From positions 147,560,001-147,624,000 of the forward strand of contig NC_091984.1 of NCBI RefSeq assembly GCF_044704955.1: a DNA stretch of 64,000 nt, written 5' to 3'. Made by a program: the position numbers and the translations under genes. This document shows positions 37,498 through 49,148 of this stretch, piece after piece. The notes under the pieces were generated by a model. The model did no database searches, was not told the origin of the DNA, and saw only the letters and a list, made by a program, of their open reading frames with translations. How positions within the stretch are numbered: the first letter of the stretch is position 1; every line of letters begins with the position of its first letter. Source of the DNA: Pristiophorus japonicus (lineage: Eukaryota).

Positions 37498-37970
37498 CTC
37501 GGCTCATGGGACGTGGACATGGCTCACGTGGCGTGGACTCGGCCCACGGGGGGTGGACTCGGGCCACGGGGCGCGGACACGGCTCACGGGGCGCGGACTC
37601 GGCTCAAGGGGCGCGGACTCGGCTCACGGGGCGCGGACACGGCTCACGGGGTGCGGACACGGCCCACGGGGGGCGGACACGGCTCACGGGGCGCGGACTC
37701 GGCTCACGGGGCGCGGACTCGGCTCACGGGGCGCGGACACGGGGAGCGGGGAGCGGTCTCGGCTCACGGGGCGCGGACTCGGCTCACGGGGCGCGGACTC
37801 GGCTCACGGGGCGCGGACCGGACTCGGCCCACGGGGCGCGGACTCGGCCCACGGGGCGCGGACATGAGGAGTGGGGAGCGGACGCGGCTCACGGGGCGCG
37901 GACACAGCTCACGGGGAACGGACACAGCTCACGGGGAACGGACATGGCTCACGGGCGCAGCCACGGCTCA
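37498..37970. repeat. 20-bp CpG-rich minisatellite (about 23 copies)
   Basis: Unit CGGCTCACGGGGCGCGGAC(T/A). Confidence 0.93.
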
Positions 37971-38092
37971 GGGGGCGCTATCCATTTCACCCCCCGCACC
38001 ACCCCCCTTCCCAGGGAAGACAATGTCACACCCCGTCAGCGCCCCCCGGAGGCACTAAATGCAGACACACAGCGGGGGAATTTCATCCCCAA

Positions 38093-38388
38093 TCTGTTTT
38101 TGTGATGTTAATTGAGGGATAAATATTGGCCAGGACACCGGGGAGAACTCCCCTGCTCTTCTTCAAAATAGTGGCATGGGATCGTTAACACCCACCTGAG
38201 AGAGCAGACAGGGTCTCGGTTTAATCTTTCGCCTGAAAGACAGCCCCTCCGACAGTGCGGCACTCCCTCAGTACTGCACCGGAACTATCAGTTTCGATTT
38301 TGGAGCTTAGTCTCTGGAGTGGAACTTAAACCCACAACCTTCCGACTACAGAGGCAAGTGTGGTGCCCATTGAGTCACAGCTGACTGA
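38093..38388 (-). mobile_element. SacSINE1/DeuSINE-like SINE (5' and core part)
   Basis: Colinear with 47230-47525. Confidence 0.75.
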
Positions 38389-38411
38389 CCCATCCACAGA
38401 GTTCGCCCTCA

Positions 38412-41085
38412 GTGTGCAGGAAGTGTCACCAGCTACAGCAACTCGAGCTCCGCGTTTCGAAGATTGAGCGGCGGCTGGAGTTACTGCGGTGCATCCGCGA
38501 GGCTGAGAACTTCGTGGATAGCACGTATCTAGAGGTGGCCACCCCGCAGCTTAAGAGTGTGCAGGCCGAGAGGGAATGGGTGACCACCAGACAGAAGAGG
38601 AGGTCCAGGCAGGTAGTGCAGGAGTCCCCTGAGTCCATCTCACTCTCCAACCAGTATTGTGTTCTGAGTACTGGTGGGGGCGATGGTGTCTCTAGGAAGT
38701 GCAGCCAGACCCAAGTCCACGGCACCACGGGTGGCTCAGCTGCACAGGGGGGAGGAAGAAGAGTGGAAGAGCAATAGTGGTAGGGGATTCGATAGTTAGG
38801 GGAAAAGACAGGCATTTCTGCGGCTGCAGACATGACTCCAGGATGGTATGTTGCCTGCCTGGTGCCAGGGTCAAGAATGTCACTGAGTGGCTGCAGTACA
38901 TTCTGAGGGGGGAGGGTGAACAACCAGAGGTTGTGGTCCATATCAGTACCAATGACATAGGTAGAAAGAGGGATGAGGTCCTACAGGCAGAGTTTAGGGA
39001 GCAAGGGGAGAGATTAAAAAGCAAGACCTCAAAGGTAGTAATCTCCGGATTACTCCCAGTGCCACGTGCTAGTGAGTACAGAAATAGGAGGATAGAGCAG
39101 ATGAATGCGTGGCTGGAGAGATGGTGCAGGAGGGAGGGCTTTAGTTTCCTGAGGCATTGGGACTGTTTCTGTGGGAGGTGGGACCTGTACAAACCGGACG
39201 GGTTGCATCTCAACAGAGCTGGAATCAATATTCTTGCAGGGATGTTTGCTTGTGCTGTTTGGGAGGGTTTAAACTAGCTTGGCAGGGGGATGGGAACTGG
39301 AGAATAGATTCAGTGGGGAGAGAAGCAAAGCTGGAATTGGAAAGCAGAAAAGGAGAAATTGAATTTGTAAGGCAGAGGAAACAAATCTAGAAAATAGACA
39401 GCAAGGCAGTTTGGGAGTGCTCAATGGTATATACTTCAAGCAAGGAGGATAGGGAATAAGGCAGATGAGCTGAGAGCACAGATAGACACTTGGGAGTACG
39501 ATATTATAGCTATTACTGAGTCATGGCTGAAAGAAGGGCAGGTATGGCAGCTCAACATTCCTGGTTACAGGATTTCAAACGGGATAGAGAGGGGGATAAA
39601 AAAGGAGGGGGTCGCAGTTGTGAAACAATTGAAAGAAACAATTACAGCTGTGAGGAGGGATGATATGTCGGAAGGATCATCAAATGAGGCCATATAGGTC
39701 AAATTGAAGAACGAAAAAGGGGTAATCACACTGCTGGGAGTGTACTATAGACCCCCAAACAGTCAGAGGGAGAGAGAAGATCAAATATGTGGGCACATTT
39801 CTGACACGTGCAAAAACTGTAGGGCAGTTATAGCAGGGGATTTCAACTACCCTAATATTAACTGGGATAAAATTAGTGTGAAAGGTATAGAGGGTCCGGA
39901 ATTAAAAAAATGCATTCAGGAGAACTTTTTTAGCCAGTATGTAACGAGCCCAACAAGGGAGGGGACGGTTCTGGACTTGGTTTTGGGGAATGAAGAGGGG
40001 CAGGTGGAAGGGGTATCAATGGGAGAGCATTTTGGTGCCAGTGATCATAATTCAGTTAGATTTAGGGTAGTTATAGAAAAGGACAAAGATAGACCAGGAA
40101 TAAAAGTTATCAACTGGGGAAAAGCCAATTTTGCTGAGTTGAGATGAGATTTGGCCAAAGTGGACTGGAAACGGCTACTTGAAGGTAAATCAGTGTCAGA
40201 GCAGTGGGAGGCATTCAAGGGGGAAATCCTGTGGTTTCAGAGTAAGTCTGTTCCCTTAAAGAAAAAGGGTGGGACTAACAAATCTCGAGGCCCTGGATGT
40301 CAAGGGAAATACAGTGGAGGATAAAGTAAAACAGGGGAGGCTTATGGCAGATACCGAGGGTTCAATACTGCAGGAACTTTCGAGGAGTATAGATAGTGCA
40401 GGGATGCAATTAAAAAGGAAATTAGGAAAGCAAAGAGAGAGCATGAAAACTTTTTGGCAAGTAAAATCAAGGAAAACCCAAAGTTGTTTTATAAATACAT
40501 TTAGAGAAAGAGGATAATTAAAGACAGAGTCTGGCCTATTGGAGACCATAAAGGTAATCTGTGTGTGGTGCATATGATGTATGATAGGTCCCACATGGCA
40601 GATTGGTCATGAAAATAAAAGCCCATGGGATCCAGGGCAAAGTAGCAAGTTGGATCCAAAATTGTCTCAGAGGCCGGGAGCAAAGGGTAATGGCTGATGG
40701 GTGTTTTTGTGACTGGAAGGCTGTTTCCTGTGGGGTTCCACAGGGCTCAATGCTGGGCCCCTTGCTTTTTGTGGTATATATCAATCATTTAGACTTGAAG
40801 ATTGGGGATATGATAAAGAAGTTTGCAGATGATAGTAAAATCTGCTGAGTGGCTGATAATGAAGGAGAAAGCTGTAGACTGCAAGAAGATATCAATGAAA
40901 TGGTCAGGTGGGCAGAACAGTTGCAAATGGAATTTAATCCGGATAAGTGTGAGGTAATGCATTTGGGGAGGTCGAACAAGGCAAGGGAATACACATTGAA
41001 TGGCAGGACACTGAGAGGTGTAGAGGAACAAAGGGACCTTGGTCTGCATGTCCATAGATCCCTGAAGGTAGCAGGCCAGGTAGAT
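38412..41085 (+). mobile_element. CR1 LINE of a second subfamily (partial ORF1 esterase plus deleted ORF2)
   Basis: GDSIV and DGLHLN (38699-39277); YRPPN, GDFN and SDHN (39704-40147); GVPQGS and KFADD (40603-40848). Confidence 0.88.
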
Positions 41086-41519
41086 GGGTTTTTACGACAA
41101 TCCGGCGGTTTCATGGTCACCATTACTGACACTAGCTTTTTATTCCAGATTTATTGAATTAACTGAATTTAAATTTTCCAGCTGCTGTGGTGGGATTTGA
41201 ACTTGTGTCTCTGGATCATTAATCCAGGCCATAGTAGTCCATAGCTCTTTCAAAGAGCCAGCACAGGTTTGATGGGCCGAATGGCCTCCCTCTGAGCTGT
41301 GAGATGCTGTGATTAAGGAGCGGGGCTCCAACTCGCGTAGACAATGTGGGTGCAATTATTGAAAGCAGGGGTTTGGGTGGAGCACATATAGATGTACCAC
41401 AAGGGGGCGCAACAGCATTGATTGATCCAATTATTGGCAGCGGGGAAACCGGGGATGGAAATAGTTTCAATAAAATGTATGCTGCGACTTTTAAAGTGGT
41501 CAACACCACCAGCACGATC

Positions 41520-42297
41520 ATAGAATCACAGAAAATTACAGCACGGAAGGAGGCCTTTCAGCCCATCGTGTCCGTGCCGGCCAACAAAGAGCTACCCAGC
41601 CTAATCCCACTTTCCAGCTCTGGGTCCATAGCCCTGTGGGTTATGGCACTTTAAGTGCACATCCAAGTACTTTTTAAATGTGGTGAGTGTTTCTGCCTCT
41701 ACCACTCTTTCCGACAGTGAGTTCCAGACTCCCACCACCCTCTGGGTGAAGAATTGATTCCTCATCTCCCCTCTAAATCTTCCACCAATTACTTTAAATC
41801 TATGCCCCCTGGTTGTTGACCCCTCTGCTAAGGAAAATGGGTCCACTCTATCCAGGTCCCTCATCATTTTATACACCTCAATAAGTTCTCCCCTCAGCCT
41901 CCTCTGTTCCAAGGAAAACATCTCGAGCAGATCCAATCCTTCCTCATAGCTAAAATTCTCCAGTCCTGGCAACATCCTCGTGAATCTCTTCTGTACCCTC
42001 TCTCGTACAATCACATCTTTCCTGTAATGTAGTGACCAGAACTGCACGCAATACTCTAGCTGTGGCCGAACTAGTGTTTTATACATTTCAAGCATAACCT
42101 CCCGGCTCTTGTATTCTATGCCTCGGCTAACAAAGGCAAGTATTCCGTATGCCTTTTTAACCATCTTATCGACCTGGCCTGCTACCTTCAGGGATCTGTG
42201 GACCTGCACTCCAAGGTCCCTCCGTTCCTCCACCCCTCTCAGTACCCTCCCATTTATTGTGTATTCCCTTGCCTTGTTGCCCCTCCACAAATGCATT
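41520..42297 (-). mobile_element. CR1 3' fragment
   Basis: ORF 41601-42395 contains RPQLEYCVQFWS and FFTQRVVGVWNSL. Confidence 0.88.
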
Positions 42298-42984
42298 CGA
42301 ACAAGGCTGCAGTTAGAGCAGCCTTTCCACCCGCTGACAGCACTCACTGAGTCTGACTCATGGCATCGATCAGCTGGACATTGATCTGGAAACACCAGCC
42401 CCCTGTTGAGGGAATCAAGGCTCTGATGCCACTGATAAAAGTCAAGATGAGGTTGCGGAGAGGTACACAGCTGCTGCTGGACACAATGAACAGGAGGAGG
42501 CTATTCAGCCCCTCGAGCCTATTCCCCCATTCAATCAGATCACGGCTCATCTGCATCTGAACTCCATCTACCCGCCTTGGTTCCACAAGTTCCAAGGCCT
42601 ATACTCTCTAGAGTTTAGAAGAATAAGAGGTGATCCCATTGAAACATGCACAATTCTGACAGGGCTTGACAGGGTAGATGCAGGGAGGATGGTTCCTCTG
42701 GCTGGGGAGTCCAGAACCAGGGGTCACAGTCTCAGAATAAGGGGTTCGCCATTTCAGACTGAGATGAGGAGAAACCTCTTCATTCAGAGGGTGGTGAATC
42801 TCTGGAATTCTCTACCCCAGAGGGCTGTGGAGGCTCAGTCCTTGAGTATATTCAAGACGGAGATCGATAGATTTTTGAATATTAAGGGAATCAAGGGATC
42901 TGGGGGCAGTGCAGGAAAGTAGCGGGGTGGGGCGGTGTGGCAGGACACGAGGCCTATTCGTGCGGGGGAGGGATTAATTCGCAC

Positions 42985-43430
42985 CTAGTCCCGCTCACCC
43001 ATCACCCCCGCTGACCGACATTAGCTTCCGGTTAAGCAGCGCCTCGATTTTTAAATTCCCATCCTTGTTTTCAAATCCCTCCATGACCTCGCCCCTCCCT
43101 ATCTCTGTAATCTCCTCCAGCCCCACAATCCCCCGAGATGTCTGTGCTCCTCCAATTCTGCCCTCCTGAGCATCCCTGATTATAATCGCTCAACCATTGG
43201 TGGCTGTGCCTTCTGTTGCCAAGACCCTCAGCTCTGGAACTCCCTCCCTAAACCTCTCCGCCTCTCTACCTCTCTTTCCTCCTTCAAGATGCTCTTTAAA
43301 ACATACCTCTTTGGTCACCGACACTAATTTCTTCTTATGTGACTCTGTGTCAAATTTTGTGTCTCAAATTTTGTGCCTTGGGACGTTTCTCTACGTTAAA
43401 GGTGCTATATAAATACAGGTTGTTGTTGTT
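42985..43430 (+). mobile_element. L2-clade LINE 3' fragment
   Basis: Colinear with 32270-32733. Confidence 0.8.
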
Positions 43431-43494
43431 GAATTGAGGCAAAATCTGGTATTCTGGATGTCGCCGCTTCTTTTAACACCCTCTGCAAAGCACG

Positions 43495-44873
43495 CACAGC
43501 AAATGTAATGCCCCTATTTAAAAAAGGAGGCAGACAGAAAGCAGGAAACTATAGACCAGTTCGCCTAACATCTGTCGTTGGGAAAATGCTGGAGTCCATT
43601 ATTAAAGAAGCAATAGCAGGACATTTGGAAAAGCATACTTCAATCAAGCAGAGTCAGCATGGTTTTATGAAAGGGAAATCATGTTTGACACATTTGTTGG
43701 AATTCTTTGAGGATGTAACAAGCAGGGTGGATAAAGGGGAAACAGTGGATGTGGTGTATTTGGATTTCCAGAAGGCATTTGATAAGGTGCCACATAAAAG
43801 ACACAAGATAAAAGTTCACGGGGTTGGGGGTAATATATTAGCATGGATAGAGGATTGGCTAACTAACAGAAAACAGGGAGTCAGGATAAATGGGTCATTT
43901 TCCCTTTGGCAAACAGTAACTAATGAGGTGCCACAGGGATCAATGCTGGGGCCTCAATTATTTACAATCTCTATTAATGACAAAGGGACCGAGTGTAAAG
44001 TAACCAAGTTTGCTGGGAGGACAGAGGCACCAACATTATTGTCCTCGAACAGGCCAACATCCCCAGTATTGAAGCACTGACCACACTTGATCAGCTCCGC
44101 TGGGCAGGCCACATTGTCCACATGCCAGACATGAGACTCCCAAAGCAAACGCTCTCCTCGGAACTCCTTCGCGGCAAACAAGCCAAAGGTGGGCAGAGGA
44201 ATGTTACAAGGACACACTAAAAGCCTCCCTGATAACGTGCAACATCCCCACTGACACCTGGGAGTCCCTGGCCAAAGACCTCCCTAAGTGGAGGAAGTGT
44301 ATCCTGGAGGGCGCTGAGCACCTCAAGTCTCATCGCCGAGAGCATGCAGAACCCAAGCACAGGCAATGGACGGAACACGCGTAAACCTGTCCCACCCTCC
44401 CTTACCCTCAACAACTATATGTCCCACCTGTGGCAGGGACTGTGGTTCTCGTATTGGACTGTTCAGCCACCTAAGGACTCATTCTACGAGTGGAAGCAAG
44501 TCTTCCTCGATTCCGAGGGACTGCCTATGATGATGGGTGGGAAAGCAAATTGTGAGGAGGATACAAAAAATCTGCAAAAGGGATATAGACAGGCAAAATG
44601 AGTGGGCAAAACGTTGGGAGATGGAGTATATTGTGGGAAAATGTGATGTAATCCACTTTGGCAGGAAAGCAATTTATTTTTTAATTGGAGAAAAATTGCA
44701 AACTGTTGCAGTACAGAGGGACCTGGGTGTCCTGGTGCATGAAACACAAAAAGTTAGTATGCGGGTACAACAAGTGAACAGGAAGGAAAATGGAATATTA
44801 GCCTTTATTGTAAGGGGGATGGAGTATAAAAGTAGGGAAGTCCTGCTACATCTGTACAGGGTATTGGTGAGAC
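43495..44873 (+). mobile_element. CR1 RT fragment interrupted by an RTE insertion
   Basis: ORFs 43508-44080 and 44537-44989; the break falls in the KFADD motif. Confidence 0.85.
44013..44535 (+). mobile_element. RTE-clade LINE 3' end
   Basis: QLRWAGHIV..RLPKQ..KDTLKASL..WESLA motifs; (GAT)n tail. Confidence 0.8.
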
Positions 44874-45048
44874 CCCCTGAGAACCCCCCCCGATCGTCCA
44901 GATTCCCTCCCGTTCCCACAAGGTCAGCCCCCGATCACTCCCCTTGGTCTACCCCCCACTTCCCAACCCTCCTCCCCCCAACCCCCTAACGACCCCCGAC
45001 TCCCCCAGGAGCTGGAGCATCACCGCGGAGCTCTCCTCAGGCCGACAT

Positions 45049-45490
45049 AACAGTGCTGGATAACATTCACTAACACACACACACACACCTACAGACAGTG
45101 CTGGGTAACAGTCACACACGCACACGCACATACCTACAGGCGGTGCTGGGTAACAGTCTCACACATACACTCACACACACTCTCACACCTACAGGCGGTG
45201 CTGGGTAACAGTCACACACACACACACGTACACAGACAGTGCTGGGTAACAGTCACACACAGAGACACACACCTACAGACGGTACTGGGTAACAGTCACA
45301 CACACACACACACACACCCCTACAGGCGGTGCTGGGTAACACTCAAACACACACACACACACCTACAGACGGTGCAGGGTAACAGTCACACACACACACA
45401 CACACACCAACAGACGGTGCTGGGGAACAGTCACACACACACAACACACACACACACCTACAGGCGGTGCTGGGTAAGCCACACTAACAC
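45049..45490. repeat. About 40-bp minisatellite with embedded (CA)n, about 11 copies
   Basis: Unit CCTACAGRCGGTGCTGGGTAACAGT(CA)n. Confidence 0.9.
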
Positions 45491-45984
45491 TCAGGGACAT
45501 GTACACGGTGATACACTGACTGCTCCTCTCCCTAAGCTGAGGCCTCACTCGGTACAGTTTTGTGCTGCTGCCACGAGCCACACGTTAAGGAGAGAGAATG
45601 CAACGTTGTGACTGGGGCCTCCTGCCCCCAGATTGCCCCCAGCAGTCAGCACAGAGTGCACAGTGCGATCCCACCATCGGGGGCTGTCCCAACACCCCCA
45701 GTGTGCTGAGTGAGAGCCAATGCTCAGCCTGGGAGGGTTTAACCCCAGCAGCTTTTAGTGTCTCTGTGTTTAATCTTGTGCACTCCAGGGGTTCAAGGTC
45801 AAATTGGTCGTTTTAAAATGATTGAAAAATTGGCTTTGAATCAAATCTCCTGCTGATGTGCCATTGATTGACAGCCAACCCAGCCAATCAGGACAGACAC
45901 TTACTGAAATGCAGCCAATCCAGCTGAGGGGGAGGTGGGACATTTCCAAAGCACTCGCCAGACACAGACAGAATATTCTTCACG

Positions 45985-45990
45985 TTTATT
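45985..45990 (-). terminator. Candidate polyadenylation signal of the light-chain gene (alternative AATAAA at 46080-46085)
   Basis: Minus-strand AATAAA about 520 nt after the C stop, followed by a GT-rich element (TGTCTGTGTCT). Confidence 0.55.
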
Positions 45991-46512
45991 GTCTTTTACA
46001 GATACACATTTACAGAAACAAGACTTGAATAAACAGCCCAGCGAGAGCGAGCTGGAGACATTCACAGGGAGAATGCAGCTTTATTAAAACAGTTGTGGAG
46101 ATTTTCTCCACACCGTGAGAATCCTGTTCCTTTAAACGGGGACAAAACCTTGAATTGTAACAGCAGGGTGAGCAGGGAGGGGGTCTGCTTACTGAAGCGG
46201 CACTTCGCAGTTTAACATTAGTTTTACTCTGCTGACAGTCTTCAACATCTTCGAGAGGTTTTACTTGGCAGCACGAGTCAACACTGCCCCATCAAACACT
46301 CCCAGGGCAGGTACAGCACAGGTTCGATACAGAGTAAAGCTCCCTTGACACTGCCCCAATAAAGTGCCTTACCCCCTGACCCTCAGATGTTTTCCCTGAC
46401 CCAGTCCCGAGAAGGAAGAGAGTAGAAATGAAGTGCTAAAGTGACCTTTACCCTCCCAGCTCACCCCCTGTTCTATTTAAAGTTGTGTCTCCCCTGGACT
46501 GTCTCTGACACA

Positions 46513-46841
46513 CTACGCACATTCTGCTCTCCTGACTCCCTTGCTGAGGGGAGAGGAGAGGCTCTCGTGGGTGAGGCTGCAGGAGAATCTGGCGTTGGAC
46601 TCCCAGTCGGAGCCAGAGAGGGTCAGCAGGCTGCTGACACTGTAGGTGTTGTCCGAAGCTCGCAGGTAGTCGCTGGTCTGGACCCCGGCCGAAATGGTCG
46701 CCCCGTCCTTCTTCCACTCCACCTCCACCGCATCGGGGTAGAAATGATCGGCGAGGCACACCAGGGTGGCAGTGCCCTTGGTCGTGACCTCCTCCGGGGA
46801 GGGGGGCAGCAGGGTCAGCGTGGGTTGTGTATTCCCTCGGC
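46513..46841 (-). CDS. IGKC: Immunoglobulin light chain constant exon, kappa type
   Basis: Acceptor CCCTTTCAG|GC. Open frame (S)RGNTQPTLTLLPPSPEEVTTKGTATLVCLADHFYP..W..YSVSSLLTL..FSCSLTH..RRAECA*. C1-set Cys/Trp present, plus the penultimate interchain Cys. Confidence 0.96.
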
Positions 46842-47071
46842 CTGAAAGGGAGGAGAAGGATGTTTAATAGGTGTATATTAGTGTGTGTGTGTGTGTCACT
46901 GTGGGTGTTTCCGTGTGGGGATAATTCACATCTGATAACGGAGAGCTGGGTTAATGAACTCCTGGCTGGCGATTAACCATTAGAGGGGAGCAACACTAAT
47001 TCTTAATCTTATTTTCCTCGCTTGATAAGTTGAATCGAAATATAAATGCATTTGATGTTAAGGTGATTAAA

Positions 47072-47525
47072 AAAGAGTCTTGCATTTATATAGCGCCTTT
47101 CACAACCACCGGACATCTCAAAGCACTTTACAGCCAATGAAGTACAGTCACTGTTGTAATGTGGTAAACACGGCAGCCAATCTGCGCACTGCAAGCTCCC
47201 ACAAACAGCGATGTGATAACGACCTGATAATCTGTTCTTTTGTCATGTTGGTTGAGGGGTAAATATTGACCAGGACACGGGGAGAACTCCCCTGCTCATC
47301 TTCGAAATAGTGGCATGGGATCTATTACATCCACCTGAGAGGGCAGACGGGGCCTTGGTTTAATGTCTCATCCGAACGACGGCACCTTCGACAGTGCAGC
47401 GCTCCCTTAACACTGCACTGAACTGTCAGCTTAGATTTTTGTGCTCAAGTCCCTGGAGTGGAACTTGAACCCATTACCTTCTGACTCAGAGGCAAGAGTG
47501 CAACGCACTGAGCCACGGCTGGTAC
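47072..47525 (-). mobile_element. SacSINE1/DeuSINE-like SINE, near full length, in the J-C intron
   Basis: tRNA-like head (TGGCTCAGTG A box; GGTTCAAGT B box) and L2-like tail. Confidence 0.78.
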
Positions 47526-48074
47526 TCAAAATCATATTGGACTGTTGTATAAACATCTGCAGTGCAGGGTTGGCACACATTCAGCACTGAAATGGTTAAC
47601 AGTAAGAGTCGGTAAAGACTGAGTGTCCCGTTAAGACGCTGTTCACTGGCAGGAAGCTCGAACTGTAGATGGGTGGATACAGGGGAAACAGGCTCAGCAG
47701 TGAGAAAGCTCAGATCACACACAGATCGGGAGAACTTTATCCGGGAACATTGCGGCACACTTGTATAAACACACTTCAGCAAGGCTTCATGTTGGGTGTC
47801 GGTGTAGAAGCTTCTAGATTGTATTTAAAAGCTTGCTGCCCAGCACCGCGGTGAGGTCAAGGGTGAGGCTACAATTAGCCTCAGTTTACCGGGGTCAGGC
47901 AGGGTCACTGCTCCCAATGATCCCGTGACCTCCTGGAAGGTCAGAGTGCGCGGACAATGGGCGAGGGTCAGAATCAGGGCCCTCCCACTTCAATGAAAGA
48001 AAGCCTTGAATTTATATAGCGTCTTTCACAACCTCAGGACGTCCCAAGGTGCTTTACAACCAATTTGCACACAG

Positions 48075-48438
48075 GCAGATTTACGAGGATGTTGCCTGGA
48101 CTGGAAAATTTTAACCATGAGGAAAGATTGGATAGGCTGGGGGTGTTTTCCATGGAACTGAGGAGGCTGGGGGAAACCTCATTGAGGTGTATAAAATTAT
48201 GAGGGGCCGAGATAGAGTGGATAGGAAGGCTCTATTTCCCTGAGCAGAGGGGTCAACAACCAGGGGGCATAGATTTAAAGTAATTGGTGGAAGGTTTGGA
48301 GGGTATTTGAGGGGAAATATCTTCACCCAGAGGACGGTGGGGGTCTGGAACCCACTGCCTGAAAGGGTGGTAGAGGCAGAAACCCTCACCACATTTAAGA
48401 AGTACTTGGATGTACACTTGAAGTGCCGTAACCTACAA
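48075..48438 (+). mobile_element. CR1 3' fragment
   Basis: Reverse-complement homolog of 41640-41990. Confidence 0.8.
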
Positions 48439-48439
48439 G

Positions 48440-48660
48440 GCTCAGTCTCTGGGCTCACACTGAGACAATGAGCCCACTTGGGGAGCTCAGTCTCTGGGCT
48501 CACACTGGGGCAATGAGCCCACTTGGGGAGCTCAGTCTCTGGGCTCACACTGGGACAGTGAGCCCACTTGGGGAGCTCAGTCTCTGGGCTCACACTGGGA
48601 CTATGAGCCCATTTGGGGAGCTCAGTCTCTGGGCTCACACTGGGACAGTGAGCCCACGTG
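48440..48660. repeat. 45-bp hairpin-containing minisatellite, 5 copies
   Basis: Unit GCTCAGTCTCTGGGCTCACACTGGGACAGTGAGCCCACTTGGGGA. Confidence 0.92.
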
Positions 48661-49148
48661 GGGAGGGGAGCTGTGCCCCAGCCAGAGGTAGTGCCTTCAG
48701 GAGTGAGATGGGGAGCAGAACACGGGAAGCCTGTGGTGTAGAGGGGAGACATTTCACCGGCCGAGGGCAGGTGCTGAGCCCATTTACCTGTAAGAATGTG
48801 GTAAGTGGATGGGGAAAGTGGGCCGGGCACTGAGGTAACGTCCTGTGTTACTGGTGGAATTGGTCATTTTAAACATGGCATCTTCCCATTCTCCCTGCCA
48901 CATGTCTCCATGGTTGGTTTTGCAGAACCTTACAGTCCCCCGTTAAAACACTCTGTCTCAGGATGTTCTCAAAATGTGAAGCAAAACCTTTTCCCTCTCA
49001 CAGAGCCAATCTTCCCCAAATCTTACCTAAACCCACGATAAAACATTAAAATACACCAATGGTATTCATACATTTGGAATCAATACAATACTGAAAATGT
49101 AAAAATGTTTCTCACCAATACCCTTCACCAAATTCATTATAGTACATA

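Noticed and set aside
37214-38122. Long Arg/Gly-rich ORFs (also 17538-17978, 33190-33735, 45198-45611, 48111-48833, 54939-55730)
   Set aside because: These are translations of stop-poor tandem repeats with no coding evidence.
48440-48660. Class-switch region
   Set aside because: Too short, only one AGCT per unit, and light chains do not class-switch.
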